From the IMG/VR virus record IMGVR_UViG_3300006793_000013: DNA of 64,000 bases; one strand, 5' to 3'. This DNA is from a virus. Each line of letters begins with the position of its first letter. Within the stretch, counting starts at the first letter, position 1. The notes under the pieces were generated by a model, which made no database searches, was not told the origin of the DNA, and saw only the letters and a list, made by a program, of their open reading frames with translations. This document shows, one piece after another, positions 56,122-64,000 of this stretch. The position numbers and the translations under genes are program-made.

Positions 56122-56659
56122 TATTAAAACATACGTTGACCATGATAAGTTTTTACAAGCAGTAGAAGCAGCAAAGACTGCTATACCTAATAAGTTTTGT
56201 ATTGTAGAACATCTAGTTGATGTAACAGAATATGATGACAGTCCTGACTTAACAGAAATACATCCAAAAGATAGAGATAACGTAGACTTCCGTATTTGTA
56301 TATTTCACCCAGATAAAGATAATCGAATACCAAGACTAAAACCTGTTTGTGATATACTTGAAAGTATGCAAGGTGTTGAACGTGCTGCTATTATAAACAT
56401 AGGCCCTAAGTCTATTATGCCAAAGCATATTGATGATATGGAAAGGCCGTTGTACGAAGAAACTCCATTCTATAATGTGTTTACAGGTTTCCATATTCCA
56501 CAAGGAGAGTTAGGTGTTAAAGTTGGAGAAGATATAGCAGACGTTAGCAAACCAATTGTTTTTAATGCACAAATACCACACGAAGCATGGAACCACACTT
56601 CGCAAGACTGGCTGTCTTTGCTGATATATATTAACAAAGATACATTTAAAAAGGAATAA
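56111..56659 (+). CDS. AspH-like cupin oxygenase
   Basis: IINIGPKSIMPKHID...FNAQIPHEAWN. Confidence 0.72.
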   Translation: MLHDIKTYVDHDKFLQAVEAAKTAIPNKFCIVEHLVDVTEYDDSPDLTEIHPKDRDNVDFRICIFHPDKDNRIPRLKPVCDILESMQGVERAAIINIGPKSIMPKHIDDMERPLYEETPFYNVFTGFHIPQGELGVKVGEDIADVSKPIVFNAQIPHEAWNHTSQDWLSLLIYINKDTFKKE

Positions 56660-56660
56660 C

Positions 56661-57713
56661 ATGAAAGTATCTACTCACAACCATTGGGATCCCTTAGAAG
56701 AGATAGTAGTTGGAATAGCTGATCATGCTAGAGTACCAACTGTTGATCGTAGCACTATGAGTATGAGCTACACTAATCATCCTATAGATTTAATTAAGCC
56801 TTTAGAAGGCGCATACCCAGAATGGCTTATTGACGAAGCCAACGAAGATTTACAAGGACTGAGTGACGTTTTATCTAAAGAAGGTATAAAAGTACACAGA
56901 CCTATTCCTATTGATCACAGTGTAGAATTTAGTACACCTGAATGGAAAACTACAGGTTGGTATACGTGGTGTCCTAGAGATTTACTATTGCCAATGGACA
57001 ACTTAGTAATTGAAACTCCAAGTGCTTGTCGTGCAAGGCAATATGAAACAAGAGCATACAGAAACATCATGTTAGAAGCAATTGACGATGGTGTTGAATG
57101 GATTGCTGCACCTAAGCCAATATTGCCAGATGAAGGATATCAATTTGAAGATATTGAAGGCAAGCCTAGTTTGCTAAACTTAGAACCTATCTTTGATGCA
57201 CCAAATTGTGTACGTTTAGGTAAAGACATATTATTCCAAATTAGTAACACAGGTAACCACTGGGGACTGAAATGGTTACAAAATGTTTTAGAGCATAGAG
57301 GTTATCGTATACACCCTGCAGAACATATTTACAGTTACGGACACTTTGATAGCACAATAGTACCTTTACGTCCTGGATTAGTATTACTAAACAGTTCAAG
57401 AGTAACCGCAGAAAACTGTCCTAAGGTATTTGAGAAATGGGATAAGATTTGGTTTGATGATTGTGTTGCTCAAGGAAGTAAGATACCAGGAGGTGTTGCT
57501 CCTTGTAGTCCTTATATAGGAATGAATATTTTAAGTATTAATCACGATACTGTTGTGGTAGATGATACTCAAGAACCTTTAATGAAAGAATTAGACAAGC
57601 ATGGTATTACTAGTGTACCTGTACGCTTTAGACATGCTATGACTTTAAGTGGTGGTTTGCATTGTGCAACACTTGATTTAAAACGTAAAGGTGTATTGGA
57701 GGATTATACATAA
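56661..57713 (+). CDS. Amidinotransferase, StrB1 (inosamine-phosphate amidinotransferase)-like
   Basis: HNHWDPLEEIVVG, ARVPTVDRS, CPRD, PIFDA, HFDSTIVPLRPGLVL, GGLHCATLD: catalytic Asp/His/Cys present. Confidence 0.88.
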   Translation: MKVSTHNHWDPLEEIVVGIADHARVPTVDRSTMSMSYTNHPIDLIKPLEGAYPEWLIDEANEDLQGLSDVLSKEGIKVHRPIPIDHSVEFSTPEWKTTGWYTWCPRDLLLPMDNLVIETPSACRARQYETRAYRNIMLEAIDDGVEWIAAPKPILPDEGYQFEDIEGKPSLLNLEPIFDAPNCVRLGKDILFQISNTGNHWGLKWLQNVLEHRGYRIHPAEHIYSYGHFDSTIVPLRPGLVLLNSSRVTAENCPKVFEKWDKIWFDDCVAQGSKIPGGVAPCSPYIGMNILSINHDTVVVDDTQEPLMKELDKHGITSVPVRFRHAMTLSGGLHCATLDLKRKGVLEDYT

Positions 57714-58207
57714 TGCTAAAGTACTGGGGCAAAGTAGATGACTTCTGGAAAGAAGATTTACAGAATTACAAATGGCCCGAATCTGTAAGCACAGGACAGA
57801 ATGAAAATTTTCATGATGCTTACTTTGATGAAACAAATAATTTAATGCAAGGGTTTGATGGACAATTACCAAAATGTTATGGTAGGTTCTTTAAAGAACT
57901 ATACATTGAAGATGAAGCAGTCAGCAGTATAAGCTGGACACAAATTAAGCCGTCAGGAACTATTCCTGTACATGCAGACAAATTTTTTAAACTTAGAAAA
58001 AAGCATAATGTGGACATTGATGATTGCTTAAGATATCTTATATTTTTAGAAGATTGGACATTAGGACATCTTGTTGAGTTTGAGCAACAACCTATTACTA
58101 AATGGGAAAAAGGTGATGTATGGACATTTACACATGAAGATATACACTGTGCTGGAAATGCCAGCAACTTCAACTTTAATACTTGCCAAGTAAACACGAG
58201 GAAATAA
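57713..58207 (+). CDS. AspH-like cupin oxygenase (similar to 48846)
   Basis: QIKPSGTIPVHAD...EKGDVWTF...HCAGNAS. Confidence 0.72.
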   Translation: MLKYWGKVDDFWKEDLQNYKWPESVSTGQNENFHDAYFDETNNLMQGFDGQLPKCYGRFFKELYIEDEAVSSISWTQIKPSGTIPVHADKFFKLRKKHNVDIDDCLRYLIFLEDWTLGHLVEFEQQPITKWEKGDVWTFTHEDIHCAGNASNFNFNTCQVNTRK

Positions 58208-59334
58208 TGGAACTAACATCACTTCAAAAAGAATTTAATAATTGTACATTAGAATACGATCTAGAAAAATTCAACTGGCCTGCATGGGCGTTAAGTGTTG
58301 TACAAGAAGTAGCACCACAGGTTACTAAACTAGAAACACTACACGAAGTACTATCTCCTAAAGAAATTGTAACTGTTAGTAGACATGTACAAAATGCATG
58401 TAGTCGTAAAGACTTTATGGAACGCTTTGATGCTTTTGTTGCTGAATATATTCCGCAGCGTATCGATAATAAAAGATACATGATCCAGCGTCAAGGAACG
58501 TTGCGTGTTGTTATTCCTAATCAAGCAAGTGTAGGACGAAGACTTGCTTTCCATCAAGGTATCTTTGTAGGTAATGGCAGAGGTTGTAGAACTATATGGA
58601 CACCGTTTACAGAAGCACGTGGTACTAACACTATGTGGATGGTAGATGTAGAAAATAGTAGAAGAATTACAAAACAAATTATGGCTGAGAAATGGAGTTT
58701 GGAACAGATAGAAGATGAATGTTTGAAACATGCGTTTCCCATTACACTAAAGCCAGGACAAAGCCATTTGTTCTTTCAAGAGATGTTACATGGTAACGTA
58801 AACAACGAAGAAGGTTATACACGGGTAAGCATGGACATGCGTATCCTTATTGAAGGTGAAGAATACGGTAGAAGACATCCAGGAGGATTTATGCGCTTAC
58901 CAGGCGATCATGAAGTTGCTGGAGAAGCAGACTATACAGGAAAAAGTGCTATAACATATGCAGGCTGGAACAGTAAGTTTTCAAATCAAATTCCGTTACC
59001 TATGCAAAGAGCAATTATTGAGCCATACTGCATTAAAAACAAAATTGAATATACAAGTTACGAATTTGAAAACGAACACCTAGACTGGATGCCTGGTTTA
59101 GAATTTTATATTAATGAACAACCAGATGTTATTGTACTATGCAGTATCTATTCAATGACTGATGATGTTGAAAGACGTAAAGAGCTTTTTAATCTAGCAT
59201 TAGAGAAAGGTGTTGAACTACACTTTGCAAATGAATTGTGTTCTATAAAGACAGTTAAAGACCTTGACAAAATTGAAACTTATCTCAACTTTGCTGTTGC
59301 TAAAAAAGATCCTTATGTTTGGGAATTAGTGTAA
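58207..59334 (+). CDS. Two-domain protein: 2OG-Fe(II) oxygenase plus 'sporadic carbohydrate cluster'-like domain
   Basis: N-half: RVVIP...FHQG...RTIWTPFT...LHGNVNNEEGYTRVSMDMR. C-half: IPLPMQRAII..YC.KN...VLCSIY...ELHFANE. Confidence 0.7.
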   Translation: MELTSLQKEFNNCTLEYDLEKFNWPAWALSVVQEVAPQVTKLETLHEVLSPKEIVTVSRHVQNACSRKDFMERFDAFVAEYIPQRIDNKRYMIQRQGTLRVVIPNQASVGRRLAFHQGIFVGNGRGCRTIWTPFTEARGTNTMWMVDVENSRRITKQIMAEKWSLEQIEDECLKHAFPITLKPGQSHLFFQEMLHGNVNNEEGYTRVSMDMRILIEGEEYGRRHPGGFMRLPGDHEVAGEADYTGKSAITYAGWNSKFSNQIPLPMQRAIIEPYCIKNKIEYTSYEFENEHLDWMPGLEFYINEQPDVIVLCSIYSMTDDVERRKELFNLALEKGVELHFANELCSIKTVKDLDKIETYLNFAVAKKDPYVWELV

Positions 59335-60819
59335 GTCTACCCAACTACTACCAGCATACGCTTGTATTTTAGAAGTAGAAGTATTGTAAATCATCTGTCC
59401 AGCAACTGCTGTAAGAGCATCACGTTGTGTTGTAGTGTATGATTTAAGTTGAGCTGGCCCACCAAATACTGTTTCTTGTTTTGAATTGAATCTAACAGCT
59501 TCATCTAACCCACCTGCGGCTGTTGCTGTACGTACAACATATCTACCTGGAACCTGATTAGTTGCAATAGTTCCATCAGCTTCAGCATCAACAACAACTG
59601 CTACACCAATTGATCCTGCTGTTGTTCCACCGTACCCCATATAAGCAATTCTAAATATACCATCGCCATTTTGAATAGCAGCTGGACTTGCTTTTGTACC
59701 ACGAGTTTTAACAACCTGTTGTGCTGGTGCATCTGCACCATCGTTGTATGCTTGTACAGTGAATAGATCGTAATCATCTTCACCGTCACCTTCTGTTTCA
59801 AGGAATAAGCCGCCTGTTGTTAAATTTTTATTAAGAATGATATTACCTGTATCAACAGTATCATTATTCACATTACCTTTGATTTGACTTGCAATAGCAT
59901 CAACAAGTATAGTTGAGTCATCACCTGACACGCTACCTCTTAGGTCACCTGTAACTGTTTCTGCAATAATTGCTTTAGTAATAGAGTTAACAATAACAGT
60001 ACTATCGTCAGTGAATACACTTCCTTTTAAATCACCGTCAATTGCTGCTGCTGTTACAGAACTTGCTGAAACTGAGTTTGCAGTAACGGAGTTGTTTGAA
60101 GTATTAACAATTGTGCTAGAGTCATCACCAATGATGTTTGCATTTACGTTTGCTCCCGGTTCTGCAACACCGCCAAGTGTTAGTCCGCCTACTGTTGAAC
60201 CTGCTGGAAGTTCAATAGCGCCACCGTTATTCGTAATTGCTGCACCATCAACCCATACGCCGTTTTTAACATAAACGTTGTTAAATTGTGTGCCAGGTGC
60301 ACCAACGTTATGTGTGTCTGCTGTACCAGGTACAATGTTATCTTTTACTGTACCGGATAAGTTAACAGCACCTTCTACTGCGTTTACTAGTATAGTTGAG
60401 TCATCGCCAAATACAGAACCATTGTAGTCTGCTACAATTTTACCTTCAACAGTCAAGTTGCCATTAATTGTGCTGTTTCCAGTTATGTTCAATCCACCAC
60501 TGCCAGTAATGTTGAATGAGTTTAAGTCTAAATTCTGTAGCAACTGCGGTTGATTTGCTGTTGCGGAAATTGTGTTGGCCCCATCGTTATATGTAAAACT
60601 AATACCTGTATTGGGTCCTGCTACAAGCATGTTTGCAACTGCGTCTTGTGCATCTTCTGCATTAAAACCAGTTACTGCTTCTAAATCTTTTAGTAAGGTT
60701 GTTCCGTCACCTACGTACAGTTTGGCTTGATCTGTAACCCAAATTAGCTCACCCGCTTGTGGAGCGGTCGCTAGTACTTGGCGTTCAGCGTCGGTTCCTC
60801 TTCTTATCTGTAATGGCAT
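59326..60819 (-). CDS. Tail fibre-like protein with Mtd/hyaluronidase-type N-terminus
   Basis: MPLQIRRGT.AE...GELIWVTD..KLYVGDG; four GSVFxDDS-like units; C-terminal TTTQRDAL..VAGQMIYNT...WVDLH. Confidence 0.75.
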   Translation of the reverse strand: MPLQIRRGTDAERQVLATAPQAGELIWVTDQAKLYVGDGTTLLKDLEAVTGFNAEDAQDAVANMLVAGPNTGISFTYNDGANTISATANQPQLLQNLDLNSFNITGSGGLNITGNSTINGNLTVEGKIVADYNGSVFGDDSTILVNAVEGAVNLSGTVKDNIVPGTADTHNVGAPGTQFNNVYVKNGVWVDGAAITNNGGAIELPAGSTVGGLTLGGVAEPGANVNANIIGDDSSTIVNTSNNSVTANSVSASSVTAAAIDGDLKGSVFTDDSTVIVNSITKAIIAETVTGDLRGSVSGDDSTILVDAIASQIKGNVNNDTVDTGNIILNKNLTTGGLFLETEGDGEDDYDLFTVQAYNDGADAPAQQVVKTRGTKASPAAIQNGDGIFRIAYMGYGGTTAGSIGVAVVVDAEADGTIATNQVPGRYVVRTATAAGGLDEAVRFNSKQETVFGGPAQLKSYTTTQRDALTAVAGQMIYNTSTSKIQAYAGSSWVDLH

Positions 60820-60859
60820 ATTCTTTTAAACTCCTGGCAATATTCGTTTCTATACTTAG

Positions 60860-60865
60860 TATTTA
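60860..60865 (-). promoter_or_regulatory. Late-type promoter TAAATA (leadered, AGGAG SD)
   Basis: CATAAATAC about 40 nt upstream of the start at 60819. Confidence 0.55.
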
Positions 60866-60893
60866 TGCCTGTACGCTTATTCGTGCATAATTC

Positions 60894-61466
60894 CTAAGTT
60901 GTGATTTCAACGTCTGCTGCTATTATATATCTATATTTATCACTTTGTGGCGCCGCTGGCCGATGCCAGTATTCGCTTGGGTATATTAACCACGTATATT
61001 CGTCAGGTTTAACAAAGAATTTACCGTCATTATTGGGTCCGTTAGGAGCGAATTCTGTACCACATAAGTTTTTGTCCTGCACATCGTCGGGTATTTCTAA
61101 GTACATAATACCGCTCATGCTTTTAGGCTCTGGTTTGTGTTGATGATGGTGCCAAAGTCTTTCTCTATCTTCTGCACCTTCTTTGTTTGTCATAAAACTC
61201 CAAGCCTGCATGTTACCTACTTGCACTTCACGTCCAAAGTACATAAACACACTAAACAAGAAGCTCATACGATACTTCAACCATAGTGGCTCTGGTCTAC
61301 TAAAAATGTTTTCTTTTGTCTGATACTTGGGACTATTTTCCCAGTAGTTGCCACTATCAATAATATGCTTTATAATAGCAATAGCATTTTGATTATCTTC
61401 AGCAGTTATAGTACTGCTAAAGTTAAACTTTCTGAATACTTCGTTTTGATCTATAATGTTACTCAC
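60894..61466 (-). CDS. 2OG-Fe(II) oxygenase-like protein
   Basis: WHHHQH...SGIMYL...IYPSEYWHRP...RYIIAAD; likely GTG start at 61466. Confidence 0.7.
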   Translation of the reverse strand: MSNIIDQNEVFRKFNFSSTITAEDNQNAIAIIKHIIDSGNYWENSPKYQTKENIFSRPEPLWLKYRMSFLFSVFMYFGREVQVGNMQAWSFMTNKEGAEDRERLWHHHQHKPEPKSMSGIMYLEIPDDVQDKNLCGTEFAPNGPNNDGKFFVKPDEYTWLIYPSEYWHRPAAPQSDKYRYIIAADVEITT

Positions 61467-62016
61467 TGTACAATCCTGGCACAATCTCAGTATCCATATT
61501 CCATGATATGATTGTTTTTATTTTATCATTATTATTTATGGGAGCTCTGTGTACAACAAAACTAGGAAATGTAATAGTTTGTCCTTCTTTTATGTCAAAC
61601 GTTTGTACATCTGTTTGTTCATAAGGAACTATATATTCTGTTTGTGGACTACCGTCTGGTAAGTCTAAATAATAAACACTGGTCCAGTTAGCACCATGTA
61701 CATGCCAACCATGATAGCTCTGATCAGCATATTGCTGGAACCATATTTCTTTTAATCTATAAAACTCGTACCCTAACTCTTTAGAAACTTTTAGAAGATG
61801 ATTGTGGAAATGGTCTCCTAGTAAGTGCAACCACTTCTTGTTGTAATCCCATCTTGCAGATTCCCAATCGGATCTCGTGATGTTTACAGCATCTTCAGAT
61901 TCTTGTAATCCTTGTACTTCTTGTTCGTTAATAGCATTAAGAACATCTTGCTTTAGTTCTGCATGTTGTTCAAACTCACCAATAACATAAGGACAGTTAA
62001 TAGGTAACTTTATCAT
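61459..62016 (-). CDS. 2OG-Fe(II) oxygenase (TIGR02466-like)
   Basis: WFQQY...HGWHVH..NWTSVYYL...FPSFVVHRA...KTIISWN. Confidence 0.8.
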   Translation of the reverse strand: MIKLPINCPYVIGEFEQHAELKQDVLNAINEQEVQGLQESEDAVNITRSDWESARWDYNKKWLHLLGDHFHNHLLKVSKELGYEFYRLKEIWFQQYADQSYHGWHVHGANWTSVYYLDLPDGSPQTEYIVPYEQTDVQTFDIKEGQTITFPSFVVHRAPINNNDKIKTIISWNMDTEIVPGLYSE

Positions 62017-62708
62017 TCCTGCTCGTCAAACCCTTCCCAATATTCGTTTTCTTTTAAATATTCTGGTGTGTACATATCTTCTTTGTCATGCCACTTAGGA
62101 TTGAAGTAACCAACACTAGCATAATAGCCTTTGCCTGTTGTGTCATTATAGTCAAAGTCTGCTTCAAGTTCTACTTTATCATACCAAACGTTTTCGACAA
62201 TTTCAGACACACTAGTTTCAACTGAACTAAATGCTAGTTTCTTAGGATCAAAGTCTTCACCTTCGGTTTCAACAAACCACGAACCGAAGCCACCCTTCTC
62301 TCCACTATGAAAACAAAGGACTGGAATCAATCCTTCTTCTTCTTTGTCTTGATGATATGCTTCTCTGCCATACAAGTGATACGGTTCAAACCTAAGTTCA
62401 TTTTCGTCCCACCCGTAATCATCACTACCGTCTGCAGGTACTTCGTTAACAAACCATTCACCGTCAGCATAAGAGTTATTAAGATGTTCTAGTTCATCAC
62501 ACTCATGCCATGCATTAAAATCTTCTGCAATTTTAGGTGCATCTTTGTCGCCCATGTCTTCATCGTCCCATTCGTAACTAGTTACAGTTTCAATAAGGTC
62601 CGATTCGTCTTTGTCAATAAAGTAATCTACAAACTCTTTACTAACCTCTCCAATGGTAAGTTCTCCACCATAGTTACTTGCTTGAATTCTAAATCTACGC
62701 TTTGCCAT
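62013..62708 (-). CDS. Acidic hypothetical protein
   Basis: 231 aa coupled ORF. Confidence 0.65.
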   Translation of the reverse strand: MAKRRFRIQASNYGGELTIGEVSKEFVDYFIDKDESDLIETVTSYEWDDEDMGDKDAPKIAEDFNAWHECDELEHLNNSYADGEWFVNEVPADGSDDYGWDENELRFEPYHLYGREAYHQDKEEEGLIPVLCFHSGEKGGFGSWFVETEGEDFDPKKLAFSSVETSVSEIVENVWYDKVELEADFDYNDTTGKGYYASVGYFNPKWHDKEDMYTPEYLKENEYWEGFDEQE

Positions 62709-63426
62709 CTATAATACCTCTTTTTATTTCTTTTAGAATGAGTGATTTCATTCTACTATCTTTAAACCGTTTATACCTATCTGCTAACGGCACCCAAGAT
62801 TCCCAACTAGTTGCTGTACTACATGCAACTGAATAGCGTTTAAGTTCTTCATTCATCTTAAAACGCACAAATTCTATAGGACGATCTGTGCCAAAACTAA
62901 AATAGCACAACGGCTCGTCTTTCTTAATTGTAAACTTTGATACATTAGGATCTAACATAAACTCTACATTAACAGCTCTAAACCATCTGCCAACATCATA
63001 CCTTCCAGGTACAACAGTTGCAGTCTTTTGCCAAGGTGAATTATCAAACCATGGAGCAGTTAATGTACAATCTAGTTCGTCTGCTTCTGTAAAGAAGATG
63101 TAACGTAAACCATATTCTAAAAGTGTTTGATCTTTTAGATTAGGTCCACGTACAACATTAGCAAATACACCTTGTTGTTTTTGAGGAGGGATTAAGTTTC
63201 CGTTGTCAAACTCAAAAGTAGATGTTAACGGATTCTTAAAAACAAGTGTATTCTTTGCTAGATTTTTATATGCAGGACAATAAAAGAAACTATCGTATTT
63301 GTCAATGTCAGTCTTACGTTTGTATGACTTATCAAATACAGTAGTAGGATCAGAATATAACATATTCCAATCGATATTACCTGCTTCGTAATCAGGTGCC
63401 CAGTATACTTTTAGGGCCTTTGACAT
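62695..63426 (-). CDS. Hypothetical beta-rich phage protein
   Basis: CPAYK...VVPGRYDVGRWFR...KKDEPLCY. Confidence 0.65.
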   Translation of the reverse strand: MSKALKVYWAPDYEAGNIDWNMLYSDPTTVFDKSYKRKTDIDKYDSFFYCPAYKNLAKNTLVFKNPLTSTFEFDNGNLIPPQKQQGVFANVVRGPNLKDQTLLEYGLRYIFFTEADELDCTLTAPWFDNSPWQKTATVVPGRYDVGRWFRAVNVEFMLDPNVSKFTIKKDEPLCYFSFGTDRPIEFVRFKMNEELKRYSVACSTATSWESWVPLADRYKRFKDSRMKSLILKEIKRGIIDGKA

Positions 63427-63981
63427 TTACAGTAGTCCTTCTTGACCTAAAATTGCAACATTATCGTCTGTGATAGGAATCTCTGTCTTAACCATTAGTT
63501 CAAAGATTTCTTCTTCTAGTTGCTGTCTATTAATTTTTAAGTTTGCCAACTCTGCTTTTGCTTGTTTGATTTGGTCTAAAGAAACAACACCAGTTGAAAC
63601 ACTGCCTGTTACTTCTTTTAGATATCCTGCAAGTGCATCAGGGTCTGTAAGCGGAACTGCTTTTGCAATTTGCTCTACCTGTGTAATCCTATTGTCAACA
63701 AAGCCAATTTTTGCTTGTGCTGTAGTGATACCACAACCTGCATTTGCTTGTGCAATAAGTGCCGCAATGTTGTAATAGATAGTTAATAGTTTATTCCTAC
63801 GCTCGTCAGTCTTAAACAATAACTCATTTGAGTCCTGTAAAGTCTTTACAATGTCGTCATCAGTATTAACTTCTTTTGAAAACTCAAGAGTAATTGCATC
63901 AATATAACGCTTAATGTTATTCTGTAAGTGTGTTGCTTTGCGGATGTTCATTTGCATCTGCTCGGTTTTCTTCTCTTCCAT
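63427..63981 (-). CDS. Hypothetical helical protein
   Basis: 184 aa; GAGGAG upstream. Confidence 0.65.
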   Translation of the reverse strand: MEEKKTEQMQMNIRKATHLQNNIKRYIDAITLEFSKEVNTDDDIVKTLQDSNELLFKTDERRNKLLTIYYNIAALIAQANAGCGITTAQAKIGFVDNRITQVEQIAKAVPLTDPDALAGYLKEVTGSVSTGVVSLDQIKQAKAELANLKINRQQLEEEIFELMVKTEIPITDDNVAILGQEGLL

Positions 63982-64000
63982 ATTGCTCTTCCTCCTCTTG

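Noticed and set aside
32787-59334. Thymidine hypermodification pathway (thyX next to radical SAM, PLP, kinase-like and GNAT genes)
   Set aside because: No dUMP hydroxymethylase or amino acid:DNA transferase was recognised. ThyX makes ordinary dTMP and is on a separate sigma70-type unit. Not excluded genome-wide but unsupported here.
33823-59334. RiPP cluster with a precursor peptide
   Set aside because: Intergenic gaps in the cluster are almost nil, and I found no short ORF with leader/core or Cys/Ser-repeat character and no RRE/PqqD-like domain.
147-63775. Many opposite-strand or alternate-frame ORFs in the track (e.g. 147-497+, 785-1162+, 2158-2568+, 8278-8616+, 13218-13556+, 25311-25607-, 40393-40806+, 58351-58731-, 63470-63775+)
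   Set aside because: They lie within longer motif-bearing genes, show the Ser/Leu/Phe-rich composition of antisense shadows, and have no SD or promoter support.
1-64000. Stop-codon reassignment (seen in some jumbo phages)
   Set aside because: Long motif-complete ORFs tile the window under the standard code, and TAA, TAG and TGA all end genes at coupled junctions.
1-64000. tRNA/rRNA genes, IS elements or integrase
   Set aside because: No T-arm/cloverleaf signature, terminal inverted repeats or recombinase motifs were seen by eye, and the intergenic spaces are too short. A tRNAscan/Rfam run would be definitive.

Overview
This is a 64 kb, AT-rich, gene-dense segment of a large T4-related tailed phage (myovirus-like; standard genetic code). 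The i-spanin-like gene and kdsA point to a Gram-negative host. No tRNA, rRNA, CRISPR array, intron or IS element was seen. Left to right: (i) lysis genes (spanin-like, GH19 endolysin) with an ACP-like gene between them; (ii) auxiliary and replication genes (phoH, ferredoxin, clamp loader, cytidylyltransferase, MazG, GroES, flavin halogenase, DnaE-like fragment); (iii) a 13 kb baseplate/fibre block; (iv) Fe-S, oxidative-stress and sugar genes (iscU, SOD, iscA, uvsE, PMM, glycosyltransferase, kdsA, queD) plus thyX and an Hc1-like protein; (v) a contiguous ~25.5 kb tailoring-enzyme cluster (33823-59334); (vi) another fibre gene and more oxygenases. The cluster holds 9 radical SAM enzymes in 4 subtypes and about 10 2OG-Fe(II)/cupin oxygenases. 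It also holds a methyltransferase, QueC-like ATPase, NDP-sugar epimerase, 2 mini-SDRs, 2 kinase-fold proteins with degenerate catalytic motifs, a PLP enzyme and a StrB1-like amidinotransferase. It is my main candidate for an undescribed system, probably a late-expressed pathway building an amino/guanidino-sugar or cyclitol decoration; its substrate is unknown. Two other notable signals: most transcription units start with TAA(A/G)TA exactly 5 nt before the ATG with no Shine-Dalgarno (predicted leaderless late mRNAs), and the ACP-like protein has Asp in place of the phosphopantetheine Ser. All family assignments come from motif reading and recollection, not database searches.
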